From the NCBI GenBank assembly GCA_964594965.1, contig CAZQMX010000002.1, positions 44,306 to 108,305 on the forward strand: DNA of 64,000 bases, written 5' to 3'. A model generated the notes under the pieces. The model was not told the origin of the DNA. It saw only the letters and a list, made by a program, of their open reading frames with translations, and ran no database searches. Shown here piece by piece: positions 19,199 to 28,568 of the stretch. Made by a program: the position numbers and the translations under genes. The DNA comes from an uncultured Candidatus Saccharibacteria bacterium (lineage in GTDB: Bacteria; Patescibacteriota; Minisyncoccia; Portnoybacterales; UBA2143). Each line of letters begins with the position of its first letter. Position 1 is the first letter of the stretch.

Positions 19199-20080
19199 TT
19201 AAATATTAAATAATTCCCGGGAGTTTTTGGTTGTTTGTTTAGCAACTTCCTCAAATTTAATTCCTTTAATCTCGGCTATTTTTTCTGCAACATATTTAAC
19301 ATAAGCTGGTTCATTTCTTTTGTTTCGATTTGGTTCCGGAGCTAAATATGGACAATCGGTTTCAATTAATATCTTATCCAAAGGAATCTCCCTTATTACT
19401 TTATCATAATCTCGGGCATAAGTAATCAATCCATTGAAACTAATATGTAATCCCATTTCAATAATTTTCTTTGCCTGGGAAAGACGACCCATAAAACAAT
19501 GGACAACTCCTTTTAATCCGGGTGCGCAGACCATTGGACAAGAAGCACAGCCAAGATTAAACATAGTTAAAATTTCAATTAAATCATCGTAAGCCTTGCG
19601 GCAATGGAAAACAATTGGTTTTCCCATTTGTTGGGCCATTTCCAATTGTCTGACTAAAGCTTCTTTTTGTTTTTCCCTTCGACTCCGCTCAGGATCCCGA
19701 CCTTGCGTCGGGACTTTCTTATCGATATCTCCATAATCCAGACCAATCTCTCCAACTCCAACCACTTTTGGGTCTTCAAGTAATTTAAGATATTTTTTCT
19801 CATCTAATTCCTCGTATTCCCTTTCTTCTATTTCTCCTTTCCAATTTTTTTCCCTTCCGCCTTCAAGAACATGAATTGGATGAAGTCCAACAATGGCATA
19901 AACCCCTTCCTTGTATTTGTTGGCGTATTCAACCGCTCTTTTGCTCGTTGAATACTGAGCGCCAACATTAATCATCCAGACACCATTATCAAGAGCCCGG
20001 CGAACAACTTTATCCCCGTCTTCCTTAAAATCTTTGAAATTAACATGGGCGTGAGTGTCAATTAATATTGGCTTAGGCAT
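19199..20080 (-). CDS. tatD: TatD family metal-dependent DNase, with in-frame repeat insertion
   Basis: IDTHAHVNF start and GEIGLDY box. Internal GC-rich element encodes KKVPTQGRDPERSRRE. Confidence 0.8.
   Translation of the reverse strand: MPKPILIDTHAHVNFKDFKEDGDKVVRRALDNGVWMINVGAQYSTSKRAVEYANKYKEGVYAIVGLHPIHVLEGGREKNWKGEIEEREYEELDEKKYLKLLEDPKVVGVGEIGLDYGDIDKKVPTQGRDPERSRREKQKEALVRQLEMAQQMGKPIVFHCRKAYDDLIEILTMFNLGCASCPMVCAPGLKGVVHCFMGRLSQAKKIIEMGLHISFNGLITYARDYDKVIREIPLDKILIETDCPYLAPEPNRNKRNEPAYVKYVAEKIAEIKGIKFEEVAKQTTKNSRELFNI
19676..19714. repeat. GC-rich element family 1, in frame inside tatD
   Basis: cttcgactccgctcaggatcccgaccttgcgtcgggac; encodes KKVPTQGRDPERSRRE. Confidence 0.65.
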
Positions 20081-20103
20081 AATGGGGAAATTTCCTTTAG
20101 GTT

Positions 20104-21546
20104 TTACAACCGAGGGAATAATGCCTCGGTTTTTTTGTTTTGTTTGATTTGTTCCAGAATTTTTTCCGATGTTTCCGGAATAAATGGTTTTAGTAGATTG
20201 GCAATTTCTTGAAGAGTAATCAAGAGTTCTGAAATAATATTCTTGAATTGTTCTGATTCTTTATCAATTTCCCAGGGTTTGTTTTTCTCAATATATTCAT
20301 CACAAAAACTAACTAATTGCCAAACAGAGTCCAGGGCTTCATTGAATTTAATATCCTCGAAAGCTTTGCGATAATCCTTTTTAATTGGCTCTATCTTTTT
20401 TATTAATTCCTTATTCCTTATTCCTAATTCATGATTCATAATTCCGGTTTTCTCTGATAAAGTCAAAACCCGGCTAACCAAATTACCTAACCCATTAGCC
20501 AAATCCGCATTATATCTTTCCTCTAATCTTTTAATACTAAAATCACCGTCTGCAGTAGAAGAAAATTCACGCGAGAGAAAATAGCGAATTGGGTCAGCCC
20601 CATATTTTTTAACCAATTCAAAAGGATCAATTACATTACCAAGTGACTTAGATATCTTCTGCCCTTCAATGGTTAGATAACCATGAACAAATATTTTTTT
20701 AGGTAAAGGTAAACCGACTGACAAAAGCATTGCTGGCCAATAAATGGCGTGGAAGCGAAGGATCCCTTTGCCGATACAATGGAGATCTGCCGGCCAGTAT
20801 TTATCGTATTTTTCTAAATTATCTGAACCATAACCCAGAGCAGTGATATAGTTTATCAAAGCGTCATACCAAACGTAAATTCTTTGAGAATCATCATCAG
20901 GCACTTCAATTCCCCATCCATCACCTCGCTTGGCCGAACGAGAAATACTAAAATCTTCCAAACCGGACTTAATAAATGATAAGGTTTCGTTTTTCCGACT
21001 ATCGGGAACTATTTCTAATTCACCCGATTCAATAATTTTTTCTAATTGTTTTTGGTAATTTGAAAGTTTGAAAAAATAGTTTTCTTCTTCAATCACTTCT
21101 GGTTCAGTTTTGTGTTCTGGGCAGAGTCCATTTTCTAATTCGCTTTCTTTAAAAAACATCTCGCAACCAACGCAATAAAGTCCTTTGTATTTCTTTTTGT
21201 AAATATCTTTTTCAGAAACCTGCCAAAATTTCTGCGCTCCCTTGATATGCCTTTCCTCCGTTGTCCGAATAAAGTCACTGAAAGACAGGTTCAAAGCCGG
21301 ACCCAAGTCTTCAAAAATCTTTGAATTACGATCAACTAATTCCTGAGCAGTAATTTTTTCTTTTTGAGCAGCTTGAAAATTTTTCAAACTATTCTCGTCT
21401 GTACCAGCCAAAAAGAAAACGTCTTCGCCTTTTTGTCGGTAATAGCGAGCCAAGATATCTGCCTGAACCACTTCTAAGGCAAAGCCGACATGCGGAGCGG
21501 CATTAACATAAGGAACTGCAGTTGTGATATAGAATTTCTTTTTCAT
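20104..21546 (-). CDS. metG: methionyl-tRNA synthetase
   Basis: YITTAVPYVNAAPHVGFA (HIGH-class) and KISKSLGN; zinc knuckle CVGCE...CPEH. Confidence 0.9.
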   Translation of the reverse strand: MKKKFYITTAVPYVNAAPHVGFALEVVQADILARYYRQKGEDVFFLAGTDENSLKNFQAAQKEKITAQELVDRNSKIFEDLGPALNLSFSDFIRTTEERHIKGAQKFWQVSEKDIYKKKYKGLYCVGCEMFFKESELENGLCPEHKTEPEVIEEENYFFKLSNYQKQLEKIIESGELEIVPDSRKNETLSFIKSGLEDFSISRSAKRGDGWGIEVPDDDSQRIYVWYDALINYITALGYGSDNLEKYDKYWPADLHCIGKGILRFHAIYWPAMLLSVGLPLPKKIFVHGYLTIEGQKISKSLGNVIDPFELVKKYGADPIRYFLSREFSSTADGDFSIKRLEERYNADLANGLGNLVSRVLTLSEKTGIMNHELGIRNKELIKKIEPIKKDYRKAFEDIKFNEALDSVWQLVSFCDEYIEKNKPWEIDKESEQFKNIISELLITLQEIANLLKPFIPETSEKILEQIKQNKKTEALFPRL

Positions 21547-22208
21547 TTTCTTATAACAATAACAAACTCGCCTTTAATTCTTCCGCCGGTTGGCGGAGTA
21601 AGTTGGCTAATAATTTCTTTGGGTTTTCCCCGGTAAGTTATTTCAAACTTTTTGGTCAATTCCCGGCAAAGAACGATTTCTCTTTCAGGAAGTTCTTTCA
21701 GGGTTTTAATAATCCGGTGAGGAGATTCGTAAATAACAATTGTTTCTTTTATCTTTTCTATCTTTTCAAAAAATTTCTTTCTTTTGTTTTTAATTGGCGG
21801 AAAGCCAAGGGAAACAAATCTATCAGCTGGAAAACCGGAAACCGATAAAGCTACAATTAGGGCAGAAGGTCCAGGAATCGGAATAATTTTCAATTGAGGT
21901 AATCTCTCTAAAAGATATTCAATTAGTTTCCCGCCCGGATCGTTAATTGACGGTGTTCCGGCATCAGAAACCAAGGCAATATTTCTGCCCTTTTTTAATT
22001 GCTCTGAAATATATTCTAGTTTCTTTAATTTGCTCTGCTGGTGGTAACTGAGAGTCGGTTTTGAAATCTGATAACGATTGAGAAGTTTTTTGGTTACTCG
22101 GGTATCTTCGCAAAGAATTAAATCAACTTGTTTTAGGGTTTCTGTTGCTCTTTGGGAAATATCTTTGAGATTGCCAATCGGGGTTGAAACAATGTATAGA
22201 TTAGCCAT
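21543..22208 (-). CDS. rsmI: 16S rRNA (cytidine1402-2'-O)-methyltransferase RsmI
   Basis: LYIVSTPIGNLKDIS...LILCEDTRVTKKLL tetrapyrrole-methylase-type RsmI N-terminus. Confidence 0.85.
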   Translation of the reverse strand: MANLYIVSTPIGNLKDISQRATETLKQVDLILCEDTRVTKKLLNRYQISKPTLSYHQQSKLKKLEYISEQLKKGRNIALVSDAGTPSINDPGGKLIEYLLERLPQLKIIPIPGPSALIVALSVSGFPADRFVSLGFPPIKNKRKKFFEKIEKIKETIVIYESPHRIIKTLKELPEREIVLCRELTKKFEITYRGKPKEIISQLTPPTGGRIKGEFVIVIRK

Positions 22209-22351
22209 TTCATTATTAACGCAGCGAGCGAGGGAAATGAAAACTCGTTTTCATTTCCGAGCAAGCAAGTTAATATAATATTATATTAAATCAAAAAACG
22301 CCCTTTTTGGCAAGCCCCGTAAAACGGGACAGGGGCGCTTCTGAAATCAGT

Positions 22352-23356
22352 TTAATCCTTGAAATCTTTGAAAAACTCTGAAACCGAGGCTGCCAAGGGG
22401 ACAGACAGAATTATTCCCAAAATACCGGCTAATTTAGCACCGATTAACATAACAATAATGATAATAATCGGGTTAAGCCCGACTGCCTTTTTCATTACCT
22501 GGGGATAGACAACATAGTTCTCTATTTGCTGGATAACGATATAGAGGGCAATGGCTAAAAGAGCCAGAACAGGCGATTGGACAAAAGCCAGAATAACTGC
22601 CGGGATAGCAGCCAGAATCGGCCCAAGATAGGGAATAATTTCTAAAATGCCGGCGATAAGAGCTAGAGTCAAAGCATATTTAACCCCTAAAAGCCGAAGG
22701 CCGATATAGGTCATAACGCCGATAATGACCATTAAAATAAGTTGACCCCTTAACCAACCGCCAATTCTAACTTCAATCCTGTCAATTAAATCAGAAAGAT
22801 AACTCTGATGGCCATTAGGCGTTAATGAAACAAAAAATCTCTTTATCCCTTTTTCCTGGACAGCCAGATAAAAGGAAATGACTAAAATAACTGCCGCTGA
22901 GAATAGTCCGCCAAAAAGGTCAATAATTGTTCCGAAAACACTTGAGGTTGCTTCCCCTATTTTATTCCCGATATTATTCAAAATGGATTGTAAGTTTTCA
23001 TCGGCCTGGTAATCAATCCAGAACTCCTTAAAATTCAAGCCGATTTTCTCCATAAAACCGGGGAAGACCTGGGTTAATTGTTTTACCTGTGTAGCCAGAG
23101 GAGGAAAAATTAAAGCAATAACCAGGGCTAGTAAAAGAAGGAGAAGGAGGTAAATAAAGATAACGCCTAAGACACGAGGGACTTTCCGTCTTTGAAGCCA
23201 ATTAACCGGACTACTGACTGCCGCCGCGATAATAACTGCGACAACGATAATCAAAACAATATCCCGGATTAAATAAAGGAAAACTAGTCCTAAAAGGATT
23301 AGAATAATCCGGAAAATGGTTGAAACCGGGATATCAAATGATTGCGGCTGGTTCAT
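22352..23356 (-). CDS. AI-2E family transporter (PerM/UPF0118)
   Basis: 8-TM profile and size (334 aa) typical of PF01594. Confidence 0.7.
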   Translation of the reverse strand: MNQPQSFDIPVSTIFRIILILLGLVFLYLIRDIVLIIVVAVIIAAAVSSPVNWLQRRKVPRVLGVIFIYLLLLLLLALVIALIFPPLATQVKQLTQVFPGFMEKIGLNFKEFWIDYQADENLQSILNNIGNKIGEATSSVFGTIIDLFGGLFSAAVILVISFYLAVQEKGIKRFFVSLTPNGHQSYLSDLIDRIEVRIGGWLRGQLILMVIIGVMTYIGLRLLGVKYALTLALIAGILEIIPYLGPILAAIPAVILAFVQSPVLALLAIALYIVIQQIENYVVYPQVMKKAVGLNPIIIIIVMLIGAKLAGILGIILSVPLAASVSEFFKDFKD

Positions 23357-24624
23357 ATCTTAAGTAATTTATTAAATTTATCTTTTTCCTTAAACGGTCC
23401 GATAAGAGCGAGGTTTAGTTTTTCAGGCTTGAAAATATCATTGGCCACTCTCTGAATATCATTAACCGTTACTTTATTAATTTTAGCAAGTTTCTCTTCC
23501 AAGGTCAAAATCTCTCCGGTTAAGAGTTCTTGGGAAGCGTAAAATGAGGCCTGTTCATCTGAGGCCTCCATACCAATTAGAGATCTTCCCTTGGTATAGT
23601 CTTTAGCTTTTTGAAGTTCTGATTGAGAAACCTTCTTATTCTTAATCTTCTGATATTCGTCCATAATTGTTTCAATTGCTCTTTCGACTTTAGTATTATC
23701 TACTCCGGCGCTGGTAGTGATAAAGCCGACATCGGTATCTAAATCAGCCCCGGTGCTAACATAATATGCTAACCCCTGTCTTTCTCGAACCGAAATGAAC
23801 ATTCTTGAACTCATGTTTCCTCCTAGGATTGTGGCTAAAAGACCAAGAGCGTATCTGTCAGGGTGAAAAATATTATAAGCCCGAAAACCTAGATGCAAAT
23901 GAGTCTGGTCTGTTTTCTTGTGATAAATTAATGATTGAGGATTACTTTGTTTTTCTTTGGTTCTTAATTTATCTTTTACTTCTTCCTGGTTAATATTTTG
24001 GAAATATTTTTCAACTTTTTTAATTGTTTTTTCTTGATCAATATTACCAGCTAAAGCAATAACAGTATTTTTTGAAGAATAATGATTTTTTAAATAATCA
24101 ATGAAGTTATCTCTTTTTATGTTATTGAGTGATTTTTCTGTTCCGCCAAGATTCCAGCCAGCTGGTTGGTTGCCGTAGAGTAATTCTAACCACAAGTCAG
24201 AAACATGTCTTATCGGCATATCAAGATACATCTTTAATTCCTGTAAAATCGTCCCTCTTTCTTTATTAATTTCTTCCTGCTTTATTAAAGAATTCAAATA
24301 AATATCAGAAACCCAGGATAAGACCAAATCAAGATGACTCGCATCAATTTTAGCCCAATAACCAGTATATTCTTGGCTGGTAAAGGCATTATAAATCCCA
24401 CCAACCTTATCCAAGGGCTCAATTAATTTTAAAGACGAAGGGTATTTTTTAGTCCCCTTAAAAAGCATGTGTTCCAGAAAATGGGAAAGACCATTAATGT
24501 CCTTGGTCTCGTATTTTGAACCAGTTCCAACTAAAACTAAAATTGCCGCCGTTTTGGTTGATTTGGATGGGACGGTAATAATCCTTAATCCATTTTTAAG
24601 AGTTGTTTTCTTATAATCTCCCAT
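23353..24624 (-). CDS. M16 family zinc peptidase (insulinase-like)
   Basis: Inverted zincin motif HFLEHMLFKGT (HxxEH) near the N-terminus. Confidence 0.75.
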   Translation of the reverse strand: MGDYKKTTLKNGLRIITVPSKSTKTAAILVLVGTGSKYETKDINGLSHFLEHMLFKGTKKYPSSLKLIEPLDKVGGIYNAFTSQEYTGYWAKIDASHLDLVLSWVSDIYLNSLIKQEEINKERGTILQELKMYLDMPIRHVSDLWLELLYGNQPAGWNLGGTEKSLNNIKRDNFIDYLKNHYSSKNTVIALAGNIDQEKTIKKVEKYFQNINQEEVKDKLRTKEKQSNPQSLIYHKKTDQTHLHLGFRAYNIFHPDRYALGLLATILGGNMSSRMFISVRERQGLAYYVSTGADLDTDVGFITTSAGVDNTKVERAIETIMDEYQKIKNKKVSQSELQKAKDYTKGRSLIGMEASDEQASFYASQELLTGEILTLEEKLAKINKVTVNDIQRVANDIFKPEKLNLALIGPFKEKDKFNKLLKI

Positions 24625-26050
24625 ATCGCTCTTTAAAATAAGGGTTTAATTCTTTAATTTTAATTCTTTCTTGCTTCATGCTGTCGCGGTCGCGAACAGT
24701 AACATCGTCTTTTTCCAAACTATCAAAATCTATAGTTACACAGTAGGGTGTTCCAATCTCATCCTGCCTGCGATAACGCTTGCCAACATTGCCATTATCA
24801 TCAAATTCACAGGTATAGCCTGTTTTTAATAAGTTGAAAACTTCCTTGGCTTTTTTAACTAACTTCGGCTTATTCCTCAAGAGAGGGAAAACCGCTACCT
24901 GAACCGGAGCCAATCTTTTCGGAAATTTCATTACTATCCTTGTTTCTTTATCAACCTTTTCCTCTGTATATGCCTCGCAAAGCACGGCAAAAACAATTCT
25001 ACCAACACCAACTGATGATTCAATTATATGAGGAATATATTTTTTCTCAGTTTTTGGATCAGTATATGATAAATCCTTGCCGGAGGATTTAGAATGCTGG
25101 GATAGGTCATAGTTTCCTCGGGCATGAACTCCTTCCAGTTCAGTAAAACCAAAAGGGAATTCATAATCTATGTCATAAGCCGCTTTGGCATAAAAAACCA
25201 GGTTCTTATGCTTATTCCATTTCAAATGATTTTCTTTTATTCCTAAATCCAGATAGTATTGCCAGCGATCCTTCCTTAGTTTTTCATATTCTTCCATTTC
25301 TTTATCTGGGTGAACGAAATATTGCATTTCCATTTGATCAAATTCGCGCGTCCTGAAAATGAACTGACGGGCGGTAATCTCATTTCGAAAGGCCTTTCCG
25401 ATTTGAGCAATACCAAAAGGAATTTTAACTCGGGTTGAATCTAAAACATTTTTGTAATTTACATAAATTCCCTGACAGGTTTCTCCCCGTAAATAGACTG
25501 GGTCTTTGTTCCAATCTTCTGTAAAATTACCCAGATTAGATTTAACCAACTGATTAAATTTCCTAATATCAGTAAAATCGCTCTTTTTGCAATTAGGACA
25601 TTTTAACTTTTCCTTATTCTTGTTAAAAACTTGACTAATTTCCTCTTCTGACATTTTTTCGTCTGCCTCTATTCCAACCTCCTCTAATAAATGGTCTGCC
25701 CTTGATCTAACATGGCAGTTTTTACATTCAACCAGAGGGTCAGCAAATCCGGAAACATGCCCGCTGGCCTCCCAAATCTTAGGGTGCATAAAGATAGCAG
25801 AGTCCAGACCAACAATATCTTCCCTTTGTAAAACCATTCTCCGCCACCAAAAATGCTTGATATTGTTTTCCAACTCAACCCCATAAGGACCATAATCATA
25901 AACAGCGGCCAAACCACCGTAAATCTCCGAAGACGGATAAACAAATCCCCGTCTTTTTGCTAGTGATACAATTTTTTCCATTGTTGCCATAAATTTATTC
26001 AATAACCTGGCCGTTACCAACGGTTGGATCATCGGGTAAATTAGTGTCAA
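24611..26050 (-). CDS. glyQS: glycyl-tRNA synthetase (homodimeric class II type)
   Basis: MEKIVSLAKRRGFVYPSSEIYGGLAAVYDYGPYG is the canonical GlyRS N-terminus. Probable start at MATMEK (~25987), which removes the overlap with the downstream ORF. Confidence 0.85.
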   Translation of the reverse strand: MTLIYPMIQPLVTARLLNKFMATMEKIVSLAKRRGFVYPSSEIYGGLAAVYDYGPYGVELENNIKHFWWRRMVLQREDIVGLDSAIFMHPKIWEASGHVSGFADPLVECKNCHVRSRADHLLEEVGIEADEKMSEEEISQVFNKNKEKLKCPNCKKSDFTDIRKFNQLVKSNLGNFTEDWNKDPVYLRGETCQGIYVNYKNVLDSTRVKIPFGIAQIGKAFRNEITARQFIFRTREFDQMEMQYFVHPDKEMEEYEKLRKDRWQYYLDLGIKENHLKWNKHKNLVFYAKAAYDIDYEFPFGFTELEGVHARGNYDLSQHSKSSGKDLSYTDPKTEKKYIPHIIESSVGVGRIVFAVLCEAYTEEKVDKETRIVMKFPKRLAPVQVAVFPLLRNKPKLVKKAKEVFNLLKTGYTCEFDDNGNVGKRYRRQDEIGTPYCVTIDFDSLEKDDVTVRDRDSMKQERIKIKELNPYFKERYGRL

Positions 26051-27908
26051 TTGACCTTGTTGTTTGGGTTAATTCTGCCCCGGTAAAAGTATCCTGACCA
26101 GCTATTTTCGACTGGCCAATCAGTTCCATGGCATCGCCGATATTAGCCGTTCCAGGTGTAATTGAAACCTGAAAAGCAATTTGTTTAACCGGCGATAAAA
26201 CACCGATTCCGGCCGGCAAACTGCCAATATCCCAGGCAATTTGACCGGTTGAGGGACTATAGCTCAAATTAGCATTAGAAGGACTAGTCCGGCCCTCCCA
26301 TTTGACATGAGGTGGCAGATAGGCCTCAACCCGCACACCAGACAAATCATTGTACTTATTAACCACTCTCCATTTAACCGTATAAGTTGTCTTTTGACCA
26401 ACCTTGGGCGGAATCGGTCCACTATTAGAAATTGAATCATCATTGTAAAACACCTGGGTCTGAAAAGTCAAATCACTTGATATTTTAGTGACTGATTTAC
26501 TCTCGCCGGAAATATCAATTCTTTCCAGAGAAAGCGGAACTTTATCTGAATCTATTTCAACAGTATTGGTTACAGCAAAATTCTTATCAGCATAACTATT
26601 AATTGGTAGGGATTTTTTAATATCGATTGAAAATTCAACTTCTCCTTCCTGATGTGGACCAAGATATTCTAAATCTGGCAGGTTGGAAGCGTTCCAGGCA
26701 ATTATCTGATTAACGCCGTCGTACGAGCCATTTCTTGGCTCTAAACTGGCCAAATCCAATGCCTGGCCTTCCAGTTTAGAAGTAATGACAACATCTTCAA
26801 TACCAATATCGGTTGTGTTTTTGTATTTAATCCGGTAATTCAATCTTTGACCGGATTGGGCAATGTATTCAGATGATTGATTAACTTCCTGACTGACTGA
26901 CAGGGGAGAAACAGAAATCTGGGTGGCATCAGCAGTCTGGGCATAAGGAATAAATTGGTCATCTTCAGAAATACCCAGGTTTGCCCGGAACAATTTGTTT
27001 TCTCCTTCTGTTCCGGATAACGTTCCTTTAATAAATATCTTGTTTTGTTCTCCGGCCATTAACTGATTTATTTGCCAAAGGTCATCTTCCCTTAAAGGGC
27101 TTGGCTGGGATGATTCAAAGATAAAGCCAGTTGGATATTCCATTTCAATCTCTAAATCATCGAAAGAAACATCAGATTGATTAGAATAGATCAAGGAAAA
27201 ACTAAACGACTGACCGTCAACTAATCTTTCCGGCAGGTCAAAGTTAAGAATAAAGGGAACAGAAATTATTTCAGTTTCAAATTTAGCCTTGTTGGAAAAA
27301 CGGGAACTAAGATCACCGGGAGTGTAGAAGAGTTCGGCCCAAGCCTCTTTTTTTTCTTCTTTTAACCCAATAATTCTGGCTGGTAATTCAATTTCTTCCT
27401 CCTGGCCAACTGCCAGGCTCTCCAATTCAAGCGTTTTAATCAATCCTTCGTTGTCTGAAGGAATTGAATCTTCTGGAAAGCGAAAGATTAACTGTAGATT
27501 ATTCAAAGGCAGTTTGGTCTCATTTTTGTACCTAACAATATATTTAACTTCATCACCGCTAATAATTCTTTCTGCTCCTTCAATTTCAAATTTAACATCG
27601 TCTGTATCAAAAGAAGTCATTCCCCGCCAAAAGAAAAAGCCGGCTACAATTAAAAAAATAGCCAGCGCCCAAATACCAAAAACTTTTAAAAGTTTCTTTT
27701 GCTTTGGCGATAATTCCTTTTTTTCTGTTTTTTGCCATTTTCCGGTTTCAATCTTTTTTCTTTTCTCTTCTGGCTGAAATTCTTCTGGTCCCTCCAATCT
27801 TTCTTCAAATTCAACTTCACTTCCCGGCTTATATATTTTCTTTTTAAGTTTTTCTAAATCGTTGTCAGGCATTGTTCTTATTTTAAAACATTTACCAAGA
27901 ATGAACAA
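25995..27908 (-). CDS. large membrane-anchored surface protein, hypothetical
   Basis: Lys/Glu-rich cytoplasmic N-terminus, a single TM (FGIWALAIFLIVAGFFFW), then a ~520 aa beta-rich ectodomain with no recognisable catalytic motif. Confidence 0.5.
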   Translation of the reverse strand: MFILGKCFKIRTMPDNDLEKLKKKIYKPGSEVEFEERLEGPEEFQPEEKRKKIETGKWQKTEKKELSPKQKKLLKVFGIWALAIFLIVAGFFFWRGMTSFDTDDVKFEIEGAERIISGDEVKYIVRYKNETKLPLNNLQLIFRFPEDSIPSDNEGLIKTLELESLAVGQEEEIELPARIIGLKEEKKEAWAELFYTPGDLSSRFSNKAKFETEIISVPFILNFDLPERLVDGQSFSFSLIYSNQSDVSFDDLEIEMEYPTGFIFESSQPSPLREDDLWQINQLMAGEQNKIFIKGTLSGTEGENKLFRANLGISEDDQFIPYAQTADATQISVSPLSVSQEVNQSSEYIAQSGQRLNYRIKYKNTTDIGIEDVVITSKLEGQALDLASLEPRNGSYDGVNQIIAWNASNLPDLEYLGPHQEGEVEFSIDIKKSLPINSYADKNFAVTNTVEIDSDKVPLSLERIDISGESKSVTKISSDLTFQTQVFYNDDSISNSGPIPPKVGQKTTYTVKWRVVNKYNDLSGVRVEAYLPPHVKWEGRTSPSNANLSYSPSTGQIAWDIGSLPAGIGVLSPVKQIAFQVSITPGTANIGDAMELIGQSKIAGQDTFTGAELTQTTRSIDTNLPDDPTVGNGQVIE

Positions 27909-28468
27909 CTTTTTATTTCCTCATTAATTAAAGACTGAACAAAATTGAGCGGATTTTTTTGTTGCCCATATCCCAAAAATTCCAATAACCTATTTTCATA
28001 ATTATTAACAACCCCTTTTATATCCTTTTTCTGATTAAGACTCTCAAAACTCCCTAAAAGCAATTGCCAAATATTTTCGTCTTTTTCCGGTCCGGCAATT
28101 AATTTATCAATGATTTCTGCTAAATAGTATCCTCCGGCTAAAGATGATAAATCTTTCCGAAGGGAAGAAAAATTCTCAAGCGTTTCAGCGCCGGTAATAA
28201 TATCAAAGCCTCTGCCCGGCCCGCCTGCAACGCTTGATGCGTAGCGTCTGCGGGCAGGAGCAATCACCAAATGACTCAATAAAAAAAGTTCCAGGTGTCC
28301 TTTTAATTTGGCCTGGTTTTTTCTGACTGACTTGGCTTTGACTAGGATTTTACCGTAATCTTTGGTGTAAATGGTCAAAAGCCGGTCTAGGTCATTAAGA
28401 TTTTGTTTTTTAATAATAATGCCTTCAGTTTTGTAGAGCATATTGTTTGTCACTCTGAATATTAACAT
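27878..28468 (-). CDS. recO: DNA repair protein RecO, with in-frame GC-rich insertion
   Basis: MLYKTEGIIIKKQNLNDLDRLLTIYTKDYGKILVKAKSVRK OB-fold N-terminus. Internal insertion APARRRYASSVAGGPGRG. Confidence 0.8.
   Translation of the reverse strand: MLIFRVTNNMLYKTEGIIIKKQNLNDLDRLLTIYTKDYGKILVKAKSVRKNQAKLKGHLELFLLSHLVIAPARRRYASSVAGGPGRGFDIITGAETLENFSSLRKDLSSLAGGYYLAEIIDKLIAGPEKDENIWQLLLGSFESLNQKKDIKGVVNNYENRLLEFLGYGQQKNPLNFVQSLINEEIKSCSFLVNVLK
28214..28258. repeat. GC-rich palindromic element family 2, in frame inside recO
   Basis: cccgcctgcaacgcttgatgcgtagcgtctgcgggcagg; near-identical to the reverse complement of the argS copy; encodes APARRRYASSVAGGPGRG. Confidence 0.65.
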
Positions 28469-28472
28469 TCAT

Positions 28473-28533
28473 TGTCATTCTGAACGCAGTGAAGAATCTG
28501 TTCGTATAGATCCTTCGACTTCGCTCAGGATAA
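28473..28533. repeat. intergenic element related to 7657..7722 (GTCATTCTGAACGCAGTGAAGAATCTG...CGACTTCGCTCAGGAT) between recO and ileS
   Basis: Shares both the gtcattctga..gaagaatctgtt and the cttcgacttcgctcaggat modules (the latter also present in the in-frame family-1 copies). Confidence 0.6.
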
Positions 28534-28568
28534 CTATTTATAACTAAATCAAAGATTTAGATAAATAG

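Noticed and set aside
20380-20430. TTATTCC/ATTCATAATTC repeats inside metG resembling the 2130..2160 intergenic repeat
   Set aside because: Short AT-rich low-complexity similarity. In metG it simply encodes a Lys/Asn/Glu-rich segment, so chance similarity is likely.
22208-22352. Hairpin gggaaatgaaaac-tcg-ttttcatttcc as a terminator
   Set aside because: No U-tract on either strand in the correct position. More likely part of the rsmI promoter/leader region; function unresolved.
25684-25944. 86-aa minus ORF
   Set aside because: Wholly inside glyQS in another frame.
27451-27777. 108-aa + ORF
   Set aside because: Antisense to the large surface-protein gene.
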